Source: Prorocentrum cordatum
Lineage: Eukaryota
Reading direction: 5' to 3'
NCBI GenBank assembly: GCA_963575745.1
Contig: CAUYUJ010000136.1
Location: 1 to 64,000, forward strand
DNA length: 64,000 bases
This document shows positions 52,007-64,000 of the stretch, in pieces. Made by a program: the position numbers and the translations under genes. Position 1 is the first letter of the stretch. Each line of letters starts with the position of its first letter. The notes under the pieces are model-generated. The model made no database searches, was not told the DNA's origin, and saw only the letters and a program-made list of their open reading frames with translations.

Positions 52007-53496
52007 GTGATGATGATTATGTTGATGATGCTGGTGACGATAATCCGGATGACGCTGATGCTATGGATGCTGATACTGAGGATGTTGATGGTGATGGTGG
52101 TGATGATGATGACGATGTCGACGTTGATGCTGATGATGCTGATGCTGATGATGACGATGATGATGGTAATGCTGATGCTGATGCTGATGCTGATGTTGTT
52201 GATGATGATGCTGATGATGCTGCTGATGATGATGATGCAGATGACGATGATGATGCTGGGGCTGATGCTGATGCTGATTCTGACGAGGATGAGGATGAGG
52301 ATGCTGATGTTGATGCTGCTGACGAAAATGATGCTATGCTGACGGTGGTGATGATGATGCGGATGGTAGTGCTGATGCTGATGCTGATGATGATGCTGAT
52401 GATGATTATGCTGATGCTGATGCTGGTGATGAGGATGCTGATGCTGATGCTGATGCTGATGCTGATGTTGATGATGATGCTGATGAGCATGAGGATTTGG
52501 ATGCTGATGCCGATGCTGATGATGCTGATGCTGATGCTGATGATGCTGCTGCTGATGATGATGATGCTGCTGTTGATGCTGCTGATGATGATGAGGACAC
52601 GGATGGAGATGCTGATGCTGATGATGCTGATGCGGCTGCTGATGGTGGTAACGATGATGATCATAATGCAGATGCTGCTGCTACTGATGCTGATGATGAT
52701 GAGGATTTTGATGCTGATGCTGATGCTGATGTTGATGCTGACAATGATGAGGATTAGGATGCTGATGCTGATGCTGATGATGCTGATGCTGATGCAGATG
52801 CTGATACTGATGATGGTGATGATGCTGCTGTTGATGCTGCTGCTGCTGCTGCTGATGATGATGATGAGGACGGTGATGCTGATGCTGATGATGCTGATGC
52901 GGCTGCTTGTGGTGGTGATGATGATCATACTCACGATGCTGATGCTGATGCGGACGCGGATGCGGATGCTGATACTGCTGATGATGAGGATGTTGTTGAT
53001 GCTGATGAGGATGATGATGATGATGGTGATACTGAGGAGGGTACTGATGCCGATGCTGATGATGCTGATGCTGATGCTGCTGATGATGCTGTTTATGACG
53101 TGGACGGTGATGCTGATGCGGTTGCGGATGCTGCTACTGATGCTGATGCTGATGATGATGACGATACTGATGATGGTGAGGATGATGAGGATGAGGATGG
53201 AGATCATGATGCTCTTGATGATGCTAATGTTGCTGGTGGTGATGGTGATGCTGATGATCATGACGATGCTTATGCTAATGATGATGATTCTGATGCTGAT
53301 GCTTGTGCTGAGGCTGATGATTGATGATCTTACGGATGGTGCTGCTGCTATTGCTGATGATCTTGACGATGATTCTGACGAGGATGAGGATGCGAATGCT
53401 GATGCTGATTGATAATGGTGAGGATGAGGATGCGGATGTGAATGCGGATGAGAGCGAGTATGCTGATTATGCTCATGCTGATGCTCATGATGATGG

Positions 53497-53531
<35 letters not shown>

Positions 53532-53931
53532 TGGATGATGATGCTGATGCTAATCCTGCTGCCGCTGATGCTTATGCTGCTGCCGCTGATGATGATGGTG
53601 ATGATGATGCTGATGATGTTGATGATGCTGATGATGATGATGATCCTGATGCTGATGCTATGGATGCTGATACTGAGGATGTTGATGATGATGGTGGTGG
53701 TGATGATGATGACGATGTCGACGTTGATGCAGATGATGCTGATGCTGATGATGACGATGATGATGTTAAGACTGATGCTGATGATGATGCTGATGTTGAT
53801 GATGATGATGCTGATGCTGCTGCTGATGATGATGCAGATGACGATGATGATGCTGATGCTGATTCTGATGATGATGCGGCTGAGGATGCTGATGCTGATG
53901 CGGCTGACGAAAATGATGCTGATGCTGACGG

Positions 53932-53988
<57 letters not shown>

Positions 53989-54414
53989 GGATGCTAGTGC
54001 TGATGCTAAGGATGATGATGATGATGCTGATGATGGTGATGCCGATGCTGATGCTGGTGATGAGGATGCTGATGCTGATGCTGATGTTGATGTTGATGAT
54101 GATGCTGATGATCATGAGGATTTGGATGTGATGCCAATGCTGTTGATGCTGATGCTGATGCTGATGATGCCGCTGCTGATGATGATGCTGCTGTTGATGC
54201 TGCTGATGATCATGAGGACAAGGATGGAGATGCTGATGCTGATGATGCTGATGCGGCTGCTGATGGTGGTAACGATGATGATCGTAATGGCGATGCTGAT
54301 GCTGATGCTCATGCGGATGCGGATGCGGATGCTGATGCTGCTGCTGCTGATGATGGTGATTATGCTGATGCTGATGCTGATGCTGATTCTGATGATGCTG
54401 CTGCTGATGAGGAT

Positions 54415-54445
<31 letters not shown>

Positions 54446-55631
54446 ATGATGAACTGATGCGGATGCTGATGCTACTGATGCCGATGATGATGAGGATTTT
54501 GATGCTGATGCTGATGCTGATGTTGATGCTGACGATGTCACGATGATGAGGATAAGGATGCTGATGCTGATGCTGATGCTGATACTGATGATGCTGGTGC
54601 TGATGATGCGCCTGTTGATGCTGCTGCTGCTGATGCTGCTGATGATGAGGACGGAGATGCTGACGCTGATGATGCTGACGCGGCTGCTCGTGGTGGTGAT
54701 GATGATCATACTGACGATGCTGATGCTGATGGGGACGCGGATGCGGATGCTGATGCTGCTGCTGATGATGCTGCTGATGATGCTGATGCTGATGCTGATT
54801 CTGATGCTGATTGGAGAGGCCTGACGGCTGGTGCCGCCAACCCTGATCGAAAGGGGTAGGAGTGGGGGGAGGAAGCGGAGGAGGAGGAGGAGGAGGAGGA
54901 GGAGGAGGAGGAGGAGAAGGAGGAGAGGAGCAGGAGGAGGAGGAGGAGGAGGAGGAGGAGGAGGAAAAGGAGGAGGAGGACCAGGAGGAGGAGGAAGTGC
55001 ATCCCGTGCGTGCCCGCTCGAGGAAGTGCGCCCGGCGGGCGTCGTATCTGCCCCGGGACCCCCCCCCCCTCCCCCCCCCCCCCCTGCGGGGAAGGGATCA
55101 AAGGGAAGGGGCTTCGACTCCACTACGAGGTCGTTTAATTTCGCTTTGGATAGCGCGCTTGAGAAGGAGAGCCCTGGGAGGGGGAGAACGGAGACGACGG
55201 AGACGACGAGTCGAACGGAGAAGCCCCTCACACACGCCGACAGGGTCGGCGGATTCTGATGGTGCTGCTGCTGCTGATGAGGATGATGATGATGATGATG
55301 ATGATGCTGATGCGGATGATGATGTGGATCCTGATGCTGATGCTTATGATGTTGATGCGGATGATGCTGGTTCTAATGCTGATGCTGCTGATGATGATGC
55401 TGATGATGATGCTGATGCTGATGCTCATGATGCTGATGCTGATGCTGATGCTGGTGATGCTGATGCTGATGATGGTGATGCTGATAGTGCTGACGATGAT
55501 GAGGATCAGGATGCTGATGCTCATGCTGAGGATGCTGATGATGCTGCTGCTGACGATGATGATGCTGATGCTGCTGCTGATGACGGTTATGATGCTGGTG
55601 CTGATGATTGTTGTTCATGATGATGGTGTTT

Positions 55632-55664
<33 letters not shown>

Positions 55665-56634
55665 CTGATGACGATGACGATGATGATGGTGATGATGATG
55701 ATGATGACGATGATGATGATGATGCTGCTGATGATGTTGATGATGATGATGATGATGATGACGAAGCCGACGCTAGCGCTGATGCGGCTGATGAGGATGA
55801 GGATGAGGATGCCGGTGCTGATTCTGCTGATGTTATGCTGTTGCGGATGCTGAAGATTGTGATGATGGTGACGATGCTGCGGAAAACAAAGATGAGGATG
55901 CTGATGCTGATTCTGATGCTGATGCTGCTGCTGATGATGGTGGTGATGATGATGCTGATGCTGATGCTGATGCTAATGATGATGATGCGGATGCTGATGC
56001 TGCTGCTGCTGATGGTGGTGGAGATGCTGATGATGATGATGTGGATGCTGATGCTGCTGCTGCTGATGCTGATGCTGATGTTGCTGGTGCTGATGCTGAT
56101 GCTGATGATGCTGATGATGCTGCTGCTGATGATGAGGATGATGCGGATTCTGATGATGCTGATGCTGATGCTGATGCTGATACTGGTGATGCGGATGCTC
56201 ATGCTGGTGATGCTGATAGTGCTGACGATGATGAGGATCAGGATGCTGATGCTGATGCTGAGGGTGCGGATAATGCTGCTGATGATGATGTTGATGCTGA
56301 TGCTGATGCTGATGACGGTTATGATGATGGTGCTGATGCTGACTATGATGAAGGTGGTGATTCGGATGATGATGATGATGACGATGCCGATGCTGACGCT
56401 GATGCTGATGATGAGGCTGATGAGGATGAGGATGTGGATGCTGATGTCGATGATGCTGATGCTGTTGCTGATGCTGATGCTGATGCGGATGCTGATGATG
56501 GTTATGATGGTGATGATGCTGCTGATGACGAAGATGAGGATGCTGATGCTGATGCTGGTGCTGATCCTGATGCTGATGACTGATGCTGATGCGGATGATG
56601 ACGAGGATGCTGATGCTGCTGATGATTGTGGTGG

Positions 56635-56711
<77 letters not shown>

Positions 56712-56745
56712 CGGAGGCTGATGATGCTGATGATGACGGTGGCGG
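48615..56745. repeat. ~8-kb (GAT/GCT)n satellite with kb-scale higher-order duplications
   Basis: Rare variant strings recur at 49731/50761 (1030 bp apart) and ~51921/~53434 (~1513 bp apart). Confidence 0.95.
54809..55255 (+). mobile_element. Complete 447-bp GATT-bounded non-autonomous element inserted in the satellite
   Basis: GATT at both 54809-12 and 55252-55; both structured ends are present; removing it restores gatgctGATTctgatg. Confidence 0.75.
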
Positions 56746-57979
56746 TGGGCATGGTGGCGGATCGAGTTTGGATCGCGTGCGAGACAGCGAAGCATTCAAA
56801 TGGAGTGCCCGGATGTCATTCTCCCCCCTGTTTCTCCTCCTCCTCCTCCTTCTCGTCCTCCTCCTCCTCCTCCTTCTACTCCTCCTTCTCCCCCTGGATC
56901 CCCAGGCCCTGGCCAGTGTCTCTGTTGCCATCGATTCCATCCACTCTGCGTTTCAGGCTCTCCGTTCTCGTGCTGCCCCATCTGACGCTTTAACCCAGCA
57001 AACAGTTGTCGGCCGCCTTTGTACAGTCATCCGTAGAGAGACGAGGCTTCAAGGCCTCCTAAGGTAGTCGGTCGTGGGATGGAGCGTGCTCTCTCGACGG
57101 GTGGGTCTCCTCCTCCTCCTCTTCCTCCTCCTCCTCCTCCTCCTCCTCCTCCTCCCTCCCTCCCTCCCTCCCTCCCTCCCTCCCTCCCTCCCTCCCTCCC
57201 TCCCCTCCCTCGTTGTTGTTTCTCGAAGGCCGCAGGGCTGTGGCGTCTCGGGCGAGCAGGTTGGTTTGCCGACTGCCCAGGACGGTGCGTGATGCGGAAC
57301 CCCGCGGTCATCGGGGCTCAAAGGATTGAACCCCACCCTCCCCCTCAGAAATCGTGGGGGGTAGGGGTAGGCTTCGCATGTGGCCCCCTGACATAGTCAC
57401 ACGGTCATAGGGCTAAATGCCAAGCAAGACCACTGTGACGTGGGAGTCCCTGAAGACGCCAGGGCCAGAGCGTGAAGCGAGCCGTTCCGGAGGAGTGCAG
57501 CGGTTGCTGGAAGACTCTAGGATTCAATGCTCACTTGAGTGACCATGTCCGAGGCGGGAGTTTATACATGACCACCGCCTGGAGGGTCAGTTTTCTGAGC
57601 CTCGGCAGGCGGTGGATATGGACCTATTCGGGCCCCAGGGGGCCGAACTATATCCATATCCGCCGCCCGCTGGGGCACCAGAACGTCGGTTCCAAGGCGG
57701 TGGATATGGATAAATCCCCGCCTCGCACCATGGGCCCTGGCCCGCTCGGAATGCCGTTTCCCGACTCCCATGGGGAGTCCGAGGGCCAGCCCGGCCATGA
57801 TCCCGACGGCTCAGGAGGGGTCGGGGGCGGCCACCAAGACCCCGGTGGGTCTTTGGGTGGTCCGCGAGCATTCGGTCCTCGACACGTCGGTCGTCGTTGA
57901 TCGGTCACCTCGTCTCCTCTTTCGCTCCTCCTGCTGGCGGTGTGCTGCGGCACCAGGCCGAAGGGGTTTGAAGGAGGTT

Positions 57980-58230
57980 TCTTCCTCCTCCTCCCCCTCC
58001 TCCTCCTCCTCCTCCTCCTCCTCCTCCTCCTCCTCCTCCTCCTCCTCCCCCTCCTCCTCCTCCTCCTCCTCCTCCCCTCCTCCTCCTCCTCCTCCTCCTC
58101 CTCCTCCTCCTCCTCCTCCTCCCCCCCTCCTCCCCCCTCCTCCTCCTCCTCCTCCTCCTCCTCCTCCTCTCCTCCTCCTCCTCCTCCTCCTCCTCCTCCT
58201 CCTCCTCCTTCTCTCCCCCTCCGCCTCCTC
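57980..58230. repeat. (CCT)n microsatellite
   Basis: Direct reading. Confidence 0.95.
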
Positions 58231-58969
58231 TAGACACTGTCCGGTGGGAGGGCCGTCGCGGCCAGGAGCAGGCTGAGGGCGTCAAAGCATCCCACGCGCC
58301 CTGACTTTTTGCCTGGCGACGGTAAGGCCCCGACGCTGGCCACTCGCACCAGGTGGTCTCTGCAAGTTGGAGCGCTTGAGGGCGAGGGCCCAGCGGTTGG
58401 ATCCGGGGTCCCTCCATTCTTGGAGCACTGCCTGAACTGGCGGTCGTCCTGCGGGCGTCTGGCTTTTCGTGGAGGGCTGAAGCTGAAGCTCTCGGGAAGA
58501 AGGTTCTTGATCAGAGGGCCGAAGCCTGAGCGGCCAAAGCTCTGAGAGCGGAGATGGCCGAGCTTTTTCGGATCGTTTTGGGGTGGGTGCCTGCGGCCCC
58601 TGGTGTGCTCGTCACCACCCCAAGGTGCAAGAAGGGTATCCAATCTTCTCATCCGATCGAACCCCGTAAGTTTTCTCCCTCCTCTCGTTCCTTCCTGACC
58701 TTCCCCTCCCCTCCCCCGTTCCTGACCTCTGCCTCTCATCTCCCTCCCCTCCTCGCTCCCCTCCTTCCCTCCCTCCCTCCCTCCCTCCCCCATCCCCTCC
58801 CTCCTCCCTCCCTCCCCTTGTCCCTCCTCCCCTCCTCCCCTCCCTCTCCTCCTCCCCTCCCTCCCCCTCCCCTTTTCCTCTCCCTCCCTCCCTCCTCCCT
58901 CCCTCCCACCCCTCCCACCCTCCTTGCCGCGCCGGGTCTGTCTCCGCCTCCCTCTTCTCCCTCCTCCAG

Positions 58970-59026
58970 GTCACCGAGCTGACGCCGGAGGAGAGACCAG
59001 ACCCCTCGGGCGGCTACGGCAAGAAG
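58970..59026 (+). CDS. RUVBL1: RuvB-like 1, next exon
   Basis: Encodes VTELTPEERPDPSGGYGKK; in RUVBL1, VTELTP..E.P.GGYGK directly follows EVYEGE. Long polypyrimidine tract, cag|G acceptor, aag|GC donor. Confidence 0.9.
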
Positions 59027-59308
59027 GCTCCAGCAGCCAAGGAGGGATGAGGGCAGCAGCACATGTGCCGAGGCACGGCAATGCGACATGCGTGTGTATG
59101 GACGGTAGGTTCATGTTGTGTCGACCAGCGGCGACCCCACCAGCGGCGTTCAATTTTGAACGCCGCGGCCAACCCAGAATCGTTCGATGTGGAACGGTTT
59201 GGACGTTTCGGAAACGGCCGATCGTTCACGACACGAACCTGGCGTATACATGTACGCGAGCAAACGCCAGAGCATACGCCGTGCATGCGCCAGTTTTTTT
59301 TTTGTTTG

Positions 59309-59845
<537 letters not shown>

Positions 59846-59959
59846 CGGGTGTTTGACCCCCCCCCATTGGACTCGAAAATCGGATCTTCCTCCCTCCCGT
59901 ACTTTGGCCACGCCGCCTCCTTGCTCCAGAACCCTACCCTTTACACTGCCGCTCGAACC

Positions 59960-61035
59960 CAAATCCTAACACCCAAACCCTAACACCCGAACCCTGACCC
60001 TAACCCTAACATCCCAACGCCCTACTCTGACACCCTGACCCTAAAACCCTAACCCAGACTCTACCGCCCTAAACCGTCATCCCCGACACCATATCCTTAT
60101 CTAGCCCTACCACCTGACTACGAAGCCGACCGCCCGCCCGAATCCGAACCCTACCACCCCAGGCGTCACCCCCCAACGCGCTGACCAAAACACCCTAAGC
60201 CGAACACTCCAATCCCAACACCCTGACCCGAACACCCGAAGCTGAACACCCTAAGCCTAACCCTATCCCTACCGCCCTAGCTCCAACCCTACCACCCTAA
60301 CCCTGGCACCCTAATCTTAATACCCGAACCCTAACACCCTAACCCTAACGCTACCACCTTACCCCTAACACCGTAACCCTACTACCCTGACCCGAGTCTG
60401 CACCGCCCTGCCCCACACATCCCACTCTGGACCATACCTTCCTCTCCCTGGCCCTACCCCCTCACCCTAACACCCTAAACCTAACACCTTAACCCGAACC
60501 CTACTGCCCTAATCCTTAAAATGAAGCCCTAAGCTCTGATCCCTAAGTCCTCAGCCCTGAACCCTACCACCCTACCCGTACCTGGCCCTGACGCCCCATT
60601 CCGAATCCAACCGCCCTAACTCTAGCCTTACTGCCCTTATCCTGACACCCTGACCCCAGCACCCTAACTCGAACCCTACCGCCCCAGGCCTGTAAACTTA
60701 CGCCCTAAGCGCTAAGCCCTAAGCCCTAGGCCCTGAGCCTTAAACCGTAAGCCGTGAGGCATAAGCCCTAAACCTAAAGCCTGAATTCCTTAAGCTTAGG
60801 CTTTCAGCCGTAAGCCCTAGTTTCAACGTCCCAAACTCCAAGTCCTGAGGCCGAGGGCTTACGGCTTAAGCCCTAAGCTCTAAGCCCTGAGCCCTAAGCC
60901 CTAAGCGCTGAGCCGGGAAGCCTCAGGAGTAAGCCATAAACACTTTGAATCTTGAGCCTTCAGCTACAATCCCCAAGTCCTAAGCAGTCAACCCCAAACC
61001 CTAACACACAACGCCGAACGCCCTAAGCCTAACAC
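59960..61035. repeat. Degenerate interstitial telomere-like array (CCCTAAC, then CCCTAAG heptamers)
   Basis: Dense ccctaac/ccctaaa/ccctaag/ccctgac units; no ORFs in the supplied track. Confidence 0.8.
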
Positions 61036-63640
61036 GCAGAGGTCACCCCCAAGCCCTCTTCGACGCAAAGGTGTGTGGGGGGGTCCGAAACGATCCTCTG
61101 GGGAAGTCCGAAAACTCCCCCCCGAAGCGGGGGAGGGGGGGGTATGCGAGCAGGGGGTCCATTGGCGCTCTTCCCAGATTTGAGCTACTTGCTGCGATAT
61201 CGCTTTCTCGGCTTACAGTGCGGCGCTATTGTTGGCGCGCGCGAGCGCATTTTCGGTGTGTGTGTATATATTTATATATATATATATGAATACGCATATT
61301 CAGATATGTATACGCGGGCGCACATTACTATGAGCAACTTTTGTTCATCAGTGCGTAGGTCAATCCATGTTCTGATAACGCGCTCGCTAGCCAGGGCATG
61401 CCCGTGGCTTCCATTTCTTTAGAGGGGGATGTGGCTTGTTCAACACGCGATGTCAGCATTCAACTGGTAGAAGCAACGGTTCCCCTCTCTCCCCCCCATC
61501 CCTCGACGGTGGTCTCCCATCCCCATTCTCTTTCCCTGCCTTCCGAAGACGGCCGCAGCAGATGCTTGGAACTTTGAGCGAGTGGTGGCTACAGTGGAAG
61601 CATCTCGAAGCTCGGATTTGGATCCTCCAGCTGCTTGATCGCTTCCCTGCCCTCCTTCCCCCTGTCTTTCTTCCCGCCTGCACCGCATTCTCCCCGCCGC
61701 ATCCTCCCTGCCGCATCCTCCCCGTCGCCCACGGAGACGGCCGTGCACCGCATCCCCGCCAGGCCTTCATCGCCGCAAAATTGTCTCGCGCGCTCCTTGC
61801 CGCGGCAGCCCTGCGCGAGCTCGACTACTTCGCCATCCTTCTGGTCAGCAAAGTTGGCGACTGTATGCAGGCACTCCTTAGGGGCGGGCTCGAGATCCGT
61901 GACGCGGTGCTGGCAGGGCATCTCCGCCGACGACCTTGCAGACTGCCGCACCGCTATTGAGACCACTTTCAAGGCAGTCGTCCAGCTCCTCGTCTGCTGT
62001 GCACCAGGCGAAGACTCCATCACCGACCCAGGCGCGTTCTGGACCGTCACAGCCGACAGCTGGTGAGAAGGCAACCCGGACGAGCGGGCCCGTGCGCCTT
62101 CGCTGACCACCTCCTTTCCGCCGTCCGGGCGGGGCCGGCGACGCTGACGCTTGCAGACCGCTGTCGATGTGCGCCTCACCATCGAAGCTGCTGGGATGGT
62201 CAGGCCTCCGGCCGAGGGAACGGAGCGGCCGTGTGTCGACCCCCCGGCCGCCCCCCCGGCCCCCAAGCGCGTCACCCTCATCGACGACGGGGGGCCGGGG
62301 CGAAGAGTGGCAGGCCTTCTGCCGCTGCCGGCACGCCGCGGCGGTCTGGCCAGGTCAGGTCTCCACCAAGCCGACGGCCTCCTCCAAACCCCACGTGACC
62401 ACATTCCTCGTGGAACTGTGGTCCCACGTCGGCTGCCCGTCGCTCAACCGCAACGGCGTGCCCCTTCCCTGGGACGACGCGGAGTTCCTTCCTCGCGGTG
62501 CCGCGGCACCCCGCCAAGTCTACCTCCGACGAAGCGCCTCACCCCGAGGCGAGGGCGACGGACGCCCGCGCGCCAAGACCACGGCCGCCCCCCCCCCCCC
62601 CCCCACGTGGACGCGCACCAGCAGTGCCGCGCCAGAGGCCCCCCTCCGTCAGCGGCGACTCGTGCGCGCCTGCAGGTGCCCACTGGGCGGCGGGCGCCTC
62701 TCGCTCCGCGTCTGCCGGCGGCAGCGATCGAGGCGGGCCCCCCTGGCGCACGCCCCAGCTTTGGTACGCCAGGCCCTGCCCCTGGGACGCCGCCCGCCTC
62801 TCGTGCGGCTTCCGCCGGCGGTGGCTCCCGGCGGTTGACCCGAGGTCCTCCTGGCGCGGCCGCCGCGGGCCGTCCAGCGCCAACCGGCCAGACCGACGAC
62901 GACGCCCAGCAGGTGCGGGTCGATCGCATGGACACCTATCTCCGGCTCTTCGCTGCCCTAGAGGCCTTCGCAGCGAAGCCGCTCGCGGCCATCGCCGTCG
63001 GGGTCAAAACGCCACCTATGGGGAAGTGGAATGGGAGGCCTTCGCCAACCACGGGTCCCTGCGGCCAGCACGGACCAAGCCCAGCGCGTGGGGCGACGAC
63101 CAGCTCCGCCGCTTCCTGGCGAAAAGGTGGACCCAGCTCAGCTATCCCTGGTACCTATCCACCGGCCTCCGTACGGCCTGCCCGAATTCTCTTCGTCGAG
63201 CGCTGGCCCCAAGGCACCGACTGTGGTTCGAATCTGGTCCGCCATGGGGGCCCGCGCCGGGGCCCCCGCCCCCGCTGATCTCGCGCCGTCCGCCGACGAC
63301 TCCGGCGGCCAGGGGGCGGGCTCTGGCACCTCAGGCCCCCCTTTGTCCCCCGACTCTGGCACCAGCGGTCCTCCCGACGGCGAGTTCCTCTAACGTACGC
63401 CTGCTGGAGGCCGACTTCTCAGGGGGCTGAGGCGAGGGACTGACGACGACGGCTTCGACGGCGACGCCCCCACGTCCTGGGGAGCCTCCGGCGGGGGTGG
63501 CTCCCAGAGCCTGGAGGGGGGCGCAGATCCTGCTCCCCGCCCCTCCCTCCCAGACGGGGAGAAGGAGAGGCCAGGCCCGCGTCCGCCGGCGCCTTGCTGC
63601 ATACCCTCCTGCTCAGGCCGACACCGCGGACCAGGATTGC

Positions 63641-63679
<39 letters not shown>

Positions 63680-64000
63680 ACGTACATCGGCGGACCCCTC
63701 GCGCTGCGCCGGCGAGCAGGTCAGCGCCTTTCTGGGGCGCCTACGGCTACAAACCAAGCAGCGGCACCGCTCGGCCCGCCCAGTTCATCCCAGCTTCGGG
63801 TCAGCCCCGCGGGTGCGATCCCCGCGCCGCCCTCCCCGGCGAAGACTTGCTCGAGCGCCGGCGCGACGCTGGGCAGAGGGCGTGGCGGCGTGACCTCTGG
63901 GGAAGGAGTTCCTCCGACGCGTCGCCCCCAGGGGCACTCCCGCCCTGCGCGCTAGCCCTCGGCTCCTCGACCTCGAGCTTGCCCAGGCCACGGCTGACGG

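Noticed and set aside
48517..57067. Very long poly-Met/Asp/Ile ORFs (e.g. 934, 627 and 602 aa)
   Set aside because: Translation artefacts of the (GAT/GCT)n satellite; the same applies to ORFs over 13.5-16 kb and 20-21 kb.
57450..57482. Hammerhead-like CTGAAGA...GAAG
   Set aside because: It lacks the GAAA core and convincing stems I and III.
59960..61035. True chromosome end
   Set aside because: The repeats are highly degenerate and flanked by ordinary sequence on both sides.
63622..63645. Second SL relic on the minus strand next to (TA)n (gtggcaatcctggtccgcg)
   Set aside because: Only about 11/19 matches and no clear downstream CDS.

Overview
This window is eukaryotic, GC-rich and repeat-dense, and most likely comes from a dinoflagellate. 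That inference rests on tiny exons with AG|GC donors and AG|G acceptors, a spliced-leader-like relic, and methyltransferase-like domains inside a retrotransposon. Two consecutive micro-exons of RUVBL1/Pontin (16173-16259 and 58970-59026, +) are separated by a 42,710-bp GC-AG intron. Nested in that intron on the same strand are (i) an apparently intact WWE-coil-WWE-coil-PARP (H-Y-E) gene of about 869 aa, with a degenerate dinoflagellate spliced-leader relic 12 nt before its ATG, and (ii) a decayed ~16.9-kb Ty1/copia LTR element (gag-RING-PR-two DNMT-like domains-IN-RT-RH). The CTTGG/CCAAG-rich stretches resolve into a family of non-coding elements with two different hairpin ends and a GATY core at each terminus, some joined head-to-tail through a shared core. 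The remainder is satellite and microsatellite DNA: an 81-bp Ser/Thr-coding array, ~90-bp arrays, (GAT/GCT)n with kb-scale duplications, and telomere-like repeats. Most ORFs in the supplied track are low-complexity artefacts. All alignments and domain calls were made by eye, without searches.
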